Virus record (IMG/VR): IMGVR_UViG_3300030397_000743
Coordinates: 1 to 40,863 of that record
Direction: 5' to 3' (one strand)
Source: a virus
Lineage: Duplodnaviria; Caudoviricetes
DNA length: 40,863 bases
Part shown: positions 9,219 to 17,635 of the stretch, one piece after another
Numbering within the stretch: position 1 is the first letter of the stretch
How the letters are laid out: each line of letters starts with the position of its first letter
The notes under the pieces: generated by a model
The model's database searches: none
What the model saw: only the letters and a program-made list of their open reading frames with translations
What the model was told of the DNA's origin: nothing
Translations under genes and position numbers: made by a program

Positions 9219-9663
9219 GACTGCCGCCTTTTAGGTGTATCAGTTGTTGCAACTTTTTTTTGACGCCGACCTTAGGGTCGCATTCAAGTGCTTTTTTAAA
9301 GGCAATAATCGTTTCTTGAATGCGATTACGTTCCAAATACCTCTCTCCTACTTTCCGATATACCTTTGCACCAATTGGTTTAGAGCAACCCGATGCATAT
9401 TTTGATAATGCAATTAATGCCTTATCCTCTTCCCCAAGTTGTTCATAAAGATTAGCTATCCACTTGTACGGATAATGTTGATCAGCTTCATCTAAAAACC
9501 TTGAATAATTCACATAAGAGTCAATGGCTTTCGAATACAAATTGTTATTCTCATAATTCTGACCTTCCCAAAAATACTTTCGTCTACCTTTCAAAATTTC
9601 CGGATCGACACTTAGGGATACCAATTCTTCAGGGAGTAATTCAAGTTCGTCTTTCTGTTCCAT
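9199..9663 (-). CDS. TPR-repeat protein (154 aa)
   Basis: TPR-like helices (YKWIANLYEQLGEEDKAL; YRKVGERY...AFKKALECDP); 20-nt overlap with the exonuclease gene. Confidence 0.75.
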   Translation of the reverse strand: MEQKDELELLPEELVSLSVDPEILKGRRKYFWEGQNYENNNLYSKAIDSYVNYSRFLDEADQHYPYKWIANLYEQLGEEDKALIALSKYASGCSKPIGAKVYRKVGERYLERNRIQETIIAFKKALECDPKVGVKKKLQQLIHLKGGSHEVFND

Positions 9664-9736
9664 ATTCTGTTATCAATTTAAGTTAACAGAAACGGCCCCT
9701 GCCTTCTCAAACAGAGGCCGTTTAATTCTTCGGCTA

Positions 9737-9865
9737 TCATCTTTTTTTTGCCAAATGGGTTCGGTACAGTCCAAGCAATTGCCGGAGTAATTTAGCACGG
9801 GTTAGTACAGTAAGCTCATCTTTCAGTTGACCCTCCAATTCAAGGATCTGTTCAGCATCGTCCAT
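9737..9865 (-). CDS. Small hypothetical protein (42 aa, MDDAEQILELEGQLKDEL...)
   Basis: ORF read by eye, below the track cutoff; downstream of the repressor on the same strand. Confidence 0.45.
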   Translation of the reverse strand: MDDAEQILELEGQLKDELTVLTRAKLLRQLLGLYRTHLAKKR

Positions 9866-9956
9866 GGTACTGGGGATTGTGCGAGAAACGCGGTTAAGGG
9901 ATGATTGTGTATCTCGTAGAGCAGTGTCTGTTCGCTCCCCAGCTTTATCTATTTAT

Positions 9957-10325
9957 TTAATCGTCATCCAATCCTAATTTTTTGGCCAGTTCCGGGTCTG
10001 CCGTTTGTACAGCTTTGCGGACCTGCCGCAACTCCCGTTCATACTGGGCTATGATCTTTTGGTATAGGGCCTCCGTGGGGCTGCCCTTCGCCGGTGGTTC
10101 ATCCTTGTGCTTCTCCCCTTTGCTCATGTCTGCAAGGATGAAATCGTTGAGATCAACCTGGAAATAATCTACTAAAAGGAGAATTTTATCAATTGGTGGG
10201 TCATTTAAACCCTTCTCATAGCGGCTAATTTGATTAGCAACAATGCCAAGATTTTTAGCCAACTCACTTTGAGTTACATTATTTCTTTTCCTCAAGTACC
10301 TGATATTGTTAGAGATGTATATCAC
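9957..10325 (-). CDS. XRE-family HTH repressor (CI-like)
   Basis: NIRYLRK..VTQSELAKNLGI..NQISRYEKG..DP HTH; divergent from a small Cro-like gene. Confidence 0.88.
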   Translation of the reverse strand: MIYISNNIRYLRKRNNVTQSELAKNLGIVANQISRYEKGLNDPPIDKILLLVDYFQVDLNDFILADMSKGEKHKDEPPAKGSPTEALYQKIIAQYERELRQVRKAVQTADPELAKKLGLDDD

Positions 10326-10370
10326 TAAATATTAAATGTTTTCTTTAACGGATATTTTGTCCTCAAAACA

Positions 10371-10402
10371 TTTGCTTTTATCCGTAAAACATGATTTCTT
10401 TG
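10371..10402 (+). promoter_or_regulatory. Early rightward promoter with operator-like repeats
   Basis: TTTG-20 nt-TTTCTTTG fits the Bacteroidota -33/-7 consensus; inverted ATGTTTT/AAAACAT and ACGGATA/TATCCGT elements overlap it. Confidence 0.55.
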
Positions 10403-10482
10403 TAGTAATTAATAATTCAGACACGAATTTAATAATTCACCGCTAGAAACAACCACTACGCGGGGCTCTAATTCTATGCTAC

Positions 10483-10728
10483 ATGCCGAATACAATGCAA
10501 ACAGATACGAAAATACATGGCTATATCAAATCCACTCTCACTGAGGTTAAGCGCCAGGAGTTACAAAAACTAATGGGGCTTTCTGACTATCAGTGGACCT
10601 GGCATATGAACTACCCTACCCGCTGGAAACGCGACAAGGTAGTGATCATGGCTCAGTACTTACAAGTGGATTGGGAATGGTTGGCACAAGAATATGAACT
10701 AGCCAAAGAGAAGCTGAGTGCAGCATAA
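10483..10728 (+). CDS. Cro-like DNA-binding protein (81 aa)
   Basis: Divergent from the repressor; RQELQKLMGLS helix-turn-helix-like pattern. Confidence 0.6.
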   Translation: MPNTMQTDTKIHGYIKSTLTEVKRQELQKLMGLSDYQWTWHMNYPTRWKRDKVVIMAQYLQVDWEWLAQEYELAKEKLSAA

Positions 10729-10751
10729 GATTTTCATGTGATTACAATTTT

Positions 10752-10780
10752 ATGCCGGGCCTCCGGGCTCGGTATTTTTT
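10752..10780 (+). terminator. Intrinsic terminator
   Basis: ATGCCGGGCC-TCCG-GGCTCGGTAT followed by a T-run. Confidence 0.7.
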
Positions 10781-10857
10781 ACCAGAGAATTGATGAAGCG
10801 CTTACAAAGGTAGGTGCGGACTGAGATGGGTGCCGATGGAGGCACGAATATATTGCC

Positions 10858-10901
10858 GGGGATACTGACCTGTACCACTTTAGTCGGTATCCCCTTTTTT
10901 T
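10858..10901 (+). terminator. Intrinsic terminator
   Basis: GGGGATACTGAC pairs with GTCGGTATCCCC, followed by T7. Confidence 0.75.
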
Positions 10902-10970
10902 GAATCCAACTTCTTCAAAACGCAAGCCCCCAATAGCTGCAACTATCAGGGGCTCAAATGTAAAACGGAT

Positions 10971-12467
10971 ATGAGCAAAGATAATGAAAACAAAGAGCTG
11001 GCGCAACAGTATGCCAGTATCAAAATGATGATCAAAGCTGTAGATCTTGCTTCCTGGAAATGGCTTGCTATTACCACTGGTGTAATGGTATACAGTTCGT
11101 TTCAGAATTCCGTATTGAGCTGGGTATCCCCTACCCTGGCTCCTTGGGTCTTGGCTTGCATTGTAGTGATCTTTTATTTGGTCATTGACCATGGCCTTCC
11201 GGAAAGTTTAGAGCGGTTTATGAAAGGACGGAAGTCACTGGATCAGCACAAGGAAGTTTACAATAGCCATAAGCGTCTATTGAGCCTCATTCTCATTTTC
11301 TTCATTGTACGCATTTTCGCTACGGGTTTGAGTTCCGTTTGGTCTGGTGGTGAGATCGGTGATTTGACAACTGAAGATTTCAATACCGAGAAATATACCA
11401 CCGCTGCCCAGCATCGGGATAGCATGGCCAATGCCAAGTTGTCTTCAACTGAAAGCGAGTTAGCTGCCTTACGTGCATCCGAAGAAGAGCGGATCAGCAC
11501 CGCCGAAGCCAAAGGCAATGCCGAAATACGTGCTGCCATCAAAACAGGCAACCAGAGTCAGCGTGATATGTGGGCCAAGAACCCCGGTTTTTTTGATGCG
11601 ATCCCTCGCAACAAATGGTACAAAGGAAACAAAGCTTTTGCCGATCGAGTCCATGCCGCCCAGGCCAACAAACAACGATACATTGATGAAGAGCGGTCCA
11701 AGACATCCGGCGCGCAAGAACTGTTCTATGCCGTATCCAGTGATACAACCAGCGGCACTTACTTAGCCAGTCTCGGTTTAGCGGCTAATGCCGAACTCAA
11801 TAAGCTACAAGGGCAAGAAAGCAAGCGCACCAATATGATTATCATCAGTGATATCCTGGCTTTAATTTTCGGTTTGATGTGCCGGGGCATTAAGGTAAGT
11901 ATTGAAAAAGTCACTGGAGAACAGATCAACCAAAAGTCATTTTCCTATATGGTCGCAAAGGCTATGGAAAACATCCGGGTATTTATTCTGGAGGTTTTTG
12001 AGTCCTTGCTAGGCTTGGATTTAGACGGGAATGGTAAAACAGGGCAGGTAGATAATCGCATGACCGGCAATGTCATTACAGGTTTTCAACCTTCATCAGG
12101 TGCTGGTGCGGAAGTAACTACCCCCTCCCCTTCTAGCCGCAACCCGATCGGTTTTATTCATTACACCCCTAGCCCTGACCAAAAACCTCAACACAATAGT
12201 GTAGCTACATGTAGCAACACCCGTATAGCTACACCAACAGAGGAAGAACTTAGCAACAATCTGCAAATGTGTCTTTCCTACTTCAAAGACGCTAAACGGA
12301 ACTGGCAATCCTGGGAGAGCAATCCAAACGTCAGTGAACGAGCCAAGTTGAAAAATCAAGCGAAATGGCAGGACCAGATGATCTATGCACAAACCAAGCT
12401 GAAAGCATTGGGGTATGAGATCGCTAACGAAGGCCGAAAATATGTACTAAGGAAACTACAGAGCTAA
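10971..12467 (+). CDS. Membrane protein with coiled-coil region (498 aa), function unknown
   Basis: Three N-terminal hydrophobic segments, an Ala/Glu-rich coiled coil, a later hydrophobic segment and a Pro/Ser linker. Confidence 0.8.
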   Translation: MSKDNENKELAQQYASIKMMIKAVDLASWKWLAITTGVMVYSSFQNSVLSWVSPTLAPWVLACIVVIFYLVIDHGLPESLERFMKGRKSLDQHKEVYNSHKRLLSLILIFFIVRIFATGLSSVWSGGEIGDLTTEDFNTEKYTTAAQHRDSMANAKLSSTESELAALRASEEERISTAEAKGNAEIRAAIKTGNQSQRDMWAKNPGFFDAIPRNKWYKGNKAFADRVHAAQANKQRYIDEERSKTSGAQELFYAVSSDTTSGTYLASLGLAANAELNKLQGQESKRTNMIIISDILALIFGLMCRGIKVSIEKVTGEQINQKSFSYMVAKAMENIRVFILEVFESLLGLDLDGNGKTGQVDNRMTGNVITGFQPSSGAGAEVTTPSPSSRNPIGFIHYTPSPDQKPQHNSVATCSNTRIATPTEEELSNNLQMCLSYFKDAKRNWQSWESNPNVSERAKLKNQAKWQDQMIYAQTKLKALGYEIANEGRKYVLRKLQS

Positions 12468-12716
12468 TCATCATGGGATAATGATGAGTGAAGGGGTGGC
12501 GGAAGTAGAGCGCCGTCACCCACTTTTAAAGAGGCAATAAAGAGAGATGTTTTAGATGATTTGAGTAAGGGTGTCAGCAGTTATACGTCCCCTGACAAAC
12601 TCGGCCCCTTACTCCTTTTTTAAGCGAAGAGAGCGAGAGCAAACACATACATACCAAACAAGTAGCACAAAAGCGCCCGCCGCTTTTACGTCTACACCAA
12701 TTATCAGATAGGAAAT

Positions 12717-12754
12717 TCCTGTCCTTTTCCAGGCTGGGAATTGATACCATTTTG
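12717..12754 (+). promoter_or_regulatory. Putative TGTCCT-type promoter for a small RNA
   Basis: GTCCT at 12721; CCATTTTG at 12747 (26 nt spacing). Confidence 0.45.
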
Positions 12755-12756
12755 CG

Positions 12757-12864
12757 CATCCCACTAAACCGGATGACACGCAAGTATGAAGGCTGTACCC
12801 TTTCAGCCTGCTTGCCTGTCGTCTGAACTAGTGGGATGGGGGGCTTTGCGGCTCCCCACTTTTT
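12757..12864 (+). ncRNA. Candidate structured sRNA/attenuator (long hairpin plus terminator)
   Basis: Four stacked helices with G-U pairs across 12757-12838, then a terminator hairpin at 12837-12858 and a T-run. Confidence 0.55.
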
Positions 12865-12886
12865 ACGTTTGACAAAACCACGGTTC

Positions 12887-15800
12887 ATGGTAACGACGAC
12901 ATACTTCGACAAGGACACCATCGAGAAGATCAAAGAGCGCGCCGAACTGGCCGATATCCTGCCCGACTTTGTGCACCTCAAACACAAGGGGAATCAGCTA
13001 CGTGGCAACTGTCCATCTTGCAACGCGGATAAGTTCGAATACAACGAGAAAAAGAACATTTATAAGTGTTGGAACGGTTGTGAAAAAGGAGGTAGCACGG
13101 CTATCGGTTTCCTGATGGATGTGGTGGGGCAAGAATATATGGAAGCTATCAATTACCTCTCTGATCGATATAATATCAAACCCGAAGCCAAGACAGCCCG
13201 CCAAAAGAAGAACGGCAACCGCAAGAACCGCTTCCGGGATTTACAGATGAAGGAGAGCGGCATCCCCAACAAATACCAGCAGTACGTCATCCGGATTGAC
13301 AACAATACGGAGATGTTTAAAGACCGCTACGAATCAGCCACCATTGACCGCTATTGGAACGTGGTGGCCGGGGATGATATGATCCTCAACTATCTGGATA
13401 TCCATGGTCAGCCGATGACCTTCCAGCCCAAAGGCAGCAAGCGGAAGGAGCCCATCATACGGGTGCGGTGGGCGAATCCGGAATTGCATCTGAATAAAGA
13501 TGGCAAATCCATGAAGTACCAAAGCCGTCCCGGTAGCAGCTCGGCACTTTGGATACCTAATCAGCTGATCAGTTCCTTTGCCAAGGAAGAGATCATTGAA
13601 ACGCTAGTGGTGGTAGAAGGGGAGAAGAAAGCCGACCGGCTTTGCCTGGCTGGTGTGCCGGCTGTCGGGATTAGCGGCATTCACAATTTCAGCAGCAGTA
13701 GTACCATGCCGCATGAATTTGAACGGCTGATCAAAGTTTGTGCCATCAGTAACGTGATCTTCCTGCTCGATAGCGATTGGCAGGATCTAAGCATCCACCC
13801 CGGTAAGCCCGTCGACAGCCGCCCGAAAACCTTTGCCAGTGCGGTGATCAAATTCCGAAACTACTTCTATGGCTTCATGGCCTCCGGATACAATCTTCGC
13901 ATCTTTTTCGCCCATGGTACCGATCCGGTTTACAAAGGCATCGATGATGTCATCATGCGACAAATAGAAGGCGATGATGAGAAGATCAGGGAGGACTTTG
14001 CCAAGGCAATCAACGCCAAAGAGAACGGGGGGGATTATGTAAAGGCCTACGACATCACCGAAGCCAGCAGCTACCAGATCAAAATGTATTGGCATCTGCA
14101 CAGCAATCCGGCATTCCTACAGCACTATCATGATGAACTCAGCAAACTGCCCAATTTCAAGCTGGGCAAACTGCTATGGCGCTACAACGAGGAAGGTGAA
14201 GAGTTTGAATTGGCGCAGAAGATATTACCCCATGAACGCTACTGGGAGGAAACCTGGAAGGATAATGCTCCCAAGCCGTCCTTCAGCTTTTACTATCAGG
14301 GCGCTTTACAGTTCCTGTATAACCGTGGGTACGGCCTGTTTGAATACAAGCCCCACAGCTATCGTTTTGTACTGGTCAATGGTAGGGTAGTGGAGGAAAC
14401 GCAACCGATCAGCATCCGGCATTTCATGCTGGACTTCACCAAAGAGATTGATAATAAGCCGGTCCTGGAGTTGCTGCTGCGAGGCGGCAAACAATACTTC
14501 GGCCCGGACAATCTACACAACCTGCCACGGCGGCAGCTGCCGTTTCAAAAAGCCGATCGGCATGTGATGTACTTCTTCTTTCAAAATGTCTACTGGAAGA
14601 TCACGGCCGACAGCATTGAGCAGCGGCCCCTCAGCGAGCTGGAGTACTACATCTGGAAAAATCAGGTGATCGAGTTCGAGCCCAAGCAATTGGACAATCC
14701 TTTGGCAGAGGTCGAACGCAATGGGGAGGCCTGGAACTTTGACTTTAGTGATGAGTTTACCAAGGCCGATATCGCCGGGTACTACCTCTGCACCAGTAAC
14801 TTCTTCTGGAATAAATCCCAGCACCTGGTTGAGGATAAAGAAGGCAATAAATTCTACGCGCAAAAGGAGAAACCGGAGGCCATGACCGACGAAGAGCGGC
14901 AGTTCTTCTATAATAATTTAGCGGCCAAAATGCTGGCTGCGGGTTACGTCATGCACGACTTCCTGAACTACAGCTGCATGAAGGCGATCGTCTGTATGGA
15001 TGGCGCGGAAAGTGCTGTAGGGCAAAGCCAGGGAGGGACTGGTAAATCGATCTGGGGCAAGCAGTTCCAGCATATGGTCCCGATGTCGATCATTGACGGC
15101 AAGAAGAAGAACCTGGAAGATGATAACCACCTCTATGAAAACGTAGATGAGCGCACGAAAGTAATCCTCTACGATGATGTGCGGGTGAACTTCAACTTCG
15201 AATTCCTCTTCAGTCAGATCACCACCGGCCTCACCGTCAACCCCAAAGGGGAGAAGCGGTACGAGATCTTACCTCCCAAGTTCATTATCGCTACCAATCA
15301 CGCCCTCAATGGTGATGGCAATAGCTTCGACCGGAGACAGTACACTATCACCTTCTCTGACTATTTCAATGGCCATCGAACGGTAGGGGATGAGTTTGGC
15401 CATCAGCTATTTCACGAATGGGATTATGACCAATGGAATTTCTTCTACAACTGGATGGCCCAATGCGTCCAACTGTATTTGAAGCATGGTCTAGTAGATG
15501 CCAGTAATGATGGCATGATCAAGCGCCGGAAGCTACGCCAGGAAGTAGGGGAGAGTTTCATCATGTGGGCCTCACTGGTATTTGATACAGAGACCGATGC
15601 CTCCGGGGATTGGTTGGGCATCTACCTCAATAAGCGAGTAGAGAAGATGTGGCTGATGGAGAAGTACCTGGAGGCCAACCGCAAAGCGGTTCGATATATG
15701 GATGACGTGCTCTTCAAGAAGAAGATCAAGGCATATGCTCAGTATGCCGGTCTCACCTTCAACCCTAATCGGGATCCGAAGAAGAACGGCGACCGGATCA

Positions 15801-16021
15801 AAAGCAATGGGGATGAGTACTTCATCCTGGCCGATCACAACTACCAGCAACAAATGTACTCTCCCGGCATCAAGACCGATGAAAACCTGATGCAGTGGAG
15901 AACTCGCAATCAAGATATCCTTCCCTCCAGTACATCCAAGAAAGGTTTTAGAGTGGAGAGAGACCATTCTACTGGAATGACAATAACGGAACACTTTGAA
16001 AAAGACCCATTTGAGGACTGA
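12887..16021 (+). CDS. Primase-helicase (Zn finger, TOPRIM, P-loop helicase; P4 alpha-like architecture)
   Basis: CPSC...CWNGC Zn finger; VVEGEKKA and LLDSD TOPRIM motifs; GGTGKS Walker A, LYDDV Walker B, IATNH. Confidence 0.9.
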   Translation: MVTTTYFDKDTIEKIKERAELADILPDFVHLKHKGNQLRGNCPSCNADKFEYNEKKNIYKCWNGCEKGGSTAIGFLMDVVGQEYMEAINYLSDRYNIKPEAKTARQKKNGNRKNRFRDLQMKESGIPNKYQQYVIRIDNNTEMFKDRYESATIDRYWNVVAGDDMILNYLDIHGQPMTFQPKGSKRKEPIIRVRWANPELHLNKDGKSMKYQSRPGSSSALWIPNQLISSFAKEEIIETLVVVEGEKKADRLCLAGVPAVGISGIHNFSSSSTMPHEFERLIKVCAISNVIFLLDSDWQDLSIHPGKPVDSRPKTFASAVIKFRNYFYGFMASGYNLRIFFAHGTDPVYKGIDDVIMRQIEGDDEKIREDFAKAINAKENGGDYVKAYDITEASSYQIKMYWHLHSNPAFLQHYHDELSKLPNFKLGKLLWRYNEEGEEFELAQKILPHERYWEETWKDNAPKPSFSFYYQGALQFLYNRGYGLFEYKPHSYRFVLVNGRVVEETQPISIRHFMLDFTKEIDNKPVLELLLRGGKQYFGPDNLHNLPRRQLPFQKADRHVMYFFFQNVYWKITADSIEQRPLSELEYYIWKNQVIEFEPKQLDNPLAEVERNGEAWNFDFSDEFTKADIAGYYLCTSNFFWNKSQHLVEDKEGNKFYAQKEKPEAMTDEERQFFYNNLAAKMLAAGYVMHDFLNYSCMKAIVCMDGAESAVGQSQGGTGKSIWGKQFQHMVPMSIIDGKKKNLEDDNHLYENVDERTKVILYDDVRVNFNFEFLFSQITTGLTVNPKGEKRYEILPPKFIIATNHALNGDGNSFDRRQYTITFSDYFNGHRTVGDEFGHQLFHEWDYDQWNFFYNWMAQCVQLYLKHGLVDASNDGMIKRRKLRQEVGESFIMWASLVFDTETDASGDWLGIYLNKRVEKMWLMEKYLEANRKAVRYMDDVLFKKKIKAYAQYAGLTFNPNRDPKKNGDRIKSNGDEYFILADHNYQQQMYSPGIKTDENLMQWRTRNQDILPSSTSKKGFRVERDHSTGMTITEHFEKDPFED

Positions 16022-16023
16022 TA

Positions 16024-16321
16024 AATCAGTCCACCCCCTTTTTATTTTTTTACTCTTTTCTCTAAAACAGGACCTGGGTAAAATTAGTTAAAGGGGCTGG
16101 ACTTTTGGACTGTTACTATCTAACGCACTGAAAAACAAGTACTTAAAGCAGTCCACCCCAAAAGTCCAAAAGTCCAAAAGTCCAACAGACCAGTGGACTG
16201 TTTGAAAGTCCACCACAGTCCAACGGGGGGTGGACTGATTGGGCTGCATATAAACAATTGAATACCAAAGCATTATAAGCCATGAGAAATCAAAAAGTCC
16301 AAAAGTCCAGCCAAAAGTCCA
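16024..16321. repeat. Iteron cluster; probable replication origin
   Basis: About 14 AGTCCA/TGGACT copies in both orientations, including tandem AAAAGTCC; 15-bp inverted repeat at 16024-16038 / 16226-16240; AT-rich spacers. Confidence 0.75.
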
Positions 16322-16563
16322 GATTCGGAGAGGTCTCTTTTCCGGTAAATCAGGTGCTTCAGGTTGACATTAACCCCCGTGTTCAGCTAAATATGGATAG
16401 CGGGAAGGCCTTCTTGCGCATTTGGAGCCTGCCCACCCGCAGAGGAGAGTGGCGGGATATGGAAATCATCGGTAATCAGATCCCCGTTAAGGCCACTTTC
16501 TATCTGACCGTGGCAGAACAGGAACAAGTCATCACCCAAATCACCCCAGCTCATGCCCATTAA
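16282..16563 (+). CDS. Hypothetical protein (93 aa)
   Basis: Overlaps the HNH start; its own start lies within the iterons and is uncertain. Confidence 0.5.
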   Translation: MRNQKVQKSSQKSRFGEVSFPVNQVLQVDINPRVQLNMDSGKAFLRIWSLPTRRGEWRDMEIIGNQIPVKATFYLTVAEQEQVITQITPAHAH

Positions 16564-16951
16564 CAAGAAAGATTATCCGGAAGATTGGCCAGCTATCCGC
16601 GCACGCATCCTGGAGCGGGCTGGTTATTGCTGCGAACATTGCGGAGTACCGCGATACGCGGTAGGCTACCGAGAAGGGGAGGATCGTAAGATGATTACCC
16701 TCATCGTCGGCGAATCATTCAGCGAAGCCAACTCTCTCCGCTACCGGATGCAGGAAGCCATGGGTCGCAAACTGATCGTCATCCGCTTAACCACCGCCCA
16801 TCTCGATCACAACGAATGGGATCACAGTGTTACTGATGATCGCCTGGCTTGCCTATGTGAGCGCTGCCACTTCCACCATGACAAACTGGACAATCAGCTT
16901 CGCAAGAATTACGGGAAGCATTATAAACGATATCAATTGCAACTATTATGA
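16553..16951 (+). CDS. HNH-like endonuclease
   Basis: RILERAGYCCEHCG...LTTAHLDH...LACLCERCHFHHD. Confidence 0.75.
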   Translation: MPINKKDYPEDWPAIRARILERAGYCCEHCGVPRYAVGYREGEDRKMITLIVGESFSEANSLRYRMQEAMGRKLIVIRLTTAHLDHNEWDHSVTDDRLACLCERCHFHHDKLDNQLRKNYGKHYKRYQLQLL

Positions 16952-17520
16952 TGAAATCAAAATTCACTTTCGGTCTATTATTCTGGATTGTTATTTATCT
17001 GATCTATACTTCCTGGGAGCCAACAGCTCCTCCCGGTGAGGCATTGATGATGGATGAAGCGGACCCGGTGGCTGAACAGGTCACCAAGGTATCAACGATC
17101 AAAGCCAAGGACTTCCCTGGTAACAATTACATCACCGGCACCCTTAGCGCTGAAAACCTGCAAAGCTTATCTGACGCCGGAATTAGGATCATTATCCGGT
17201 TGAATGGTGACTCGCAGGATGATCGCGGTTTCCTGAGTCTTGCCGAAGAGGCTGCCATTTGTCGCCAACTTGGCATGCAATTCTATTACTTCAACATTGA
17301 AGGCAAGCTGGAGGAGTCCGGGGATATGATTCACAACCTACTGACTAATGGAAACGCGGTCATCCACTGCCGACACGGTGCGCACCGAGCCCCTAGCATG
17401 GCCGCCTATCATCTGCAAAAGGAAGGTTATCCCAAAGATTGGATCATAAAGAAAGTGGGTTGGGAACAGTTGGTTCACAATCCTGGAAGATACGAACGGT
17501 ACACCAAGATATTAACCTGA
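16948..17520 (+). CDS. Cys-based phosphatase (PTP/DSP superfamily) with N-terminal membrane anchor or signal
   Basis: HCRHGAHR matches CX5R; LSDAGIRIIIRL and EEAAICRQLGMQF are DSP-like; hydrophobic N-terminus FTFGLLFWIVIYLIY. Confidence 0.8.
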   Translation: MMKSKFTFGLLFWIVIYLIYTSWEPTAPPGEALMMDEADPVAEQVTKVSTIKAKDFPGNNYITGTLSAENLQSLSDAGIRIIIRLNGDSQDDRGFLSLAEEAAICRQLGMQFYYFNIEGKLEESGDMIHNLLTNGNAVIHCRHGAHRAPSMAAYHLQKEGYPKDWIIKKVGWEQLVHNPGRYERYTKILT

Positions 17521-17548
17521 TTTTTTTAACCCAAACCGCACTATTCCA

Positions 17549-17584
17549 TCCCCACTTTCCACCGCGAAGGTGGGGAATTTTTTT
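17549..17584 (+). terminator. Intrinsic terminator fused to late promoter
   Basis: TCCCCACTTTC pairs with GAAGGTGGGGA; the T-run leads straight into GTCCT. Confidence 0.7.
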
Positions 17585-17619
17585 GTCCTATCACCATGCG
17601 GATACCGGGGGTATTTTCA
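17581..17619 (+). promoter_or_regulatory. Putative late promoter
   Basis: GTCCT at 17585; TATTTTCA at 17612 (27 nt). Confidence 0.6.
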
Positions 17620-17635
17620 CCCAACAACATCCAAC

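Noticed and set aside
10357-10363. TTGTCCT in the cI-cro intergenic region as a late promoter
   Set aside because: No -7-like octamer at 26-27 nt spacing; it lies among operator-like repeats.
16150-16321. Tandem AAAAGTCC as a CRISPR or mini-array
   Set aside because: Units are 6-8 bp in mixed orientation without unique 25-40 bp spacers, and there are no cas genes; fits iterons.
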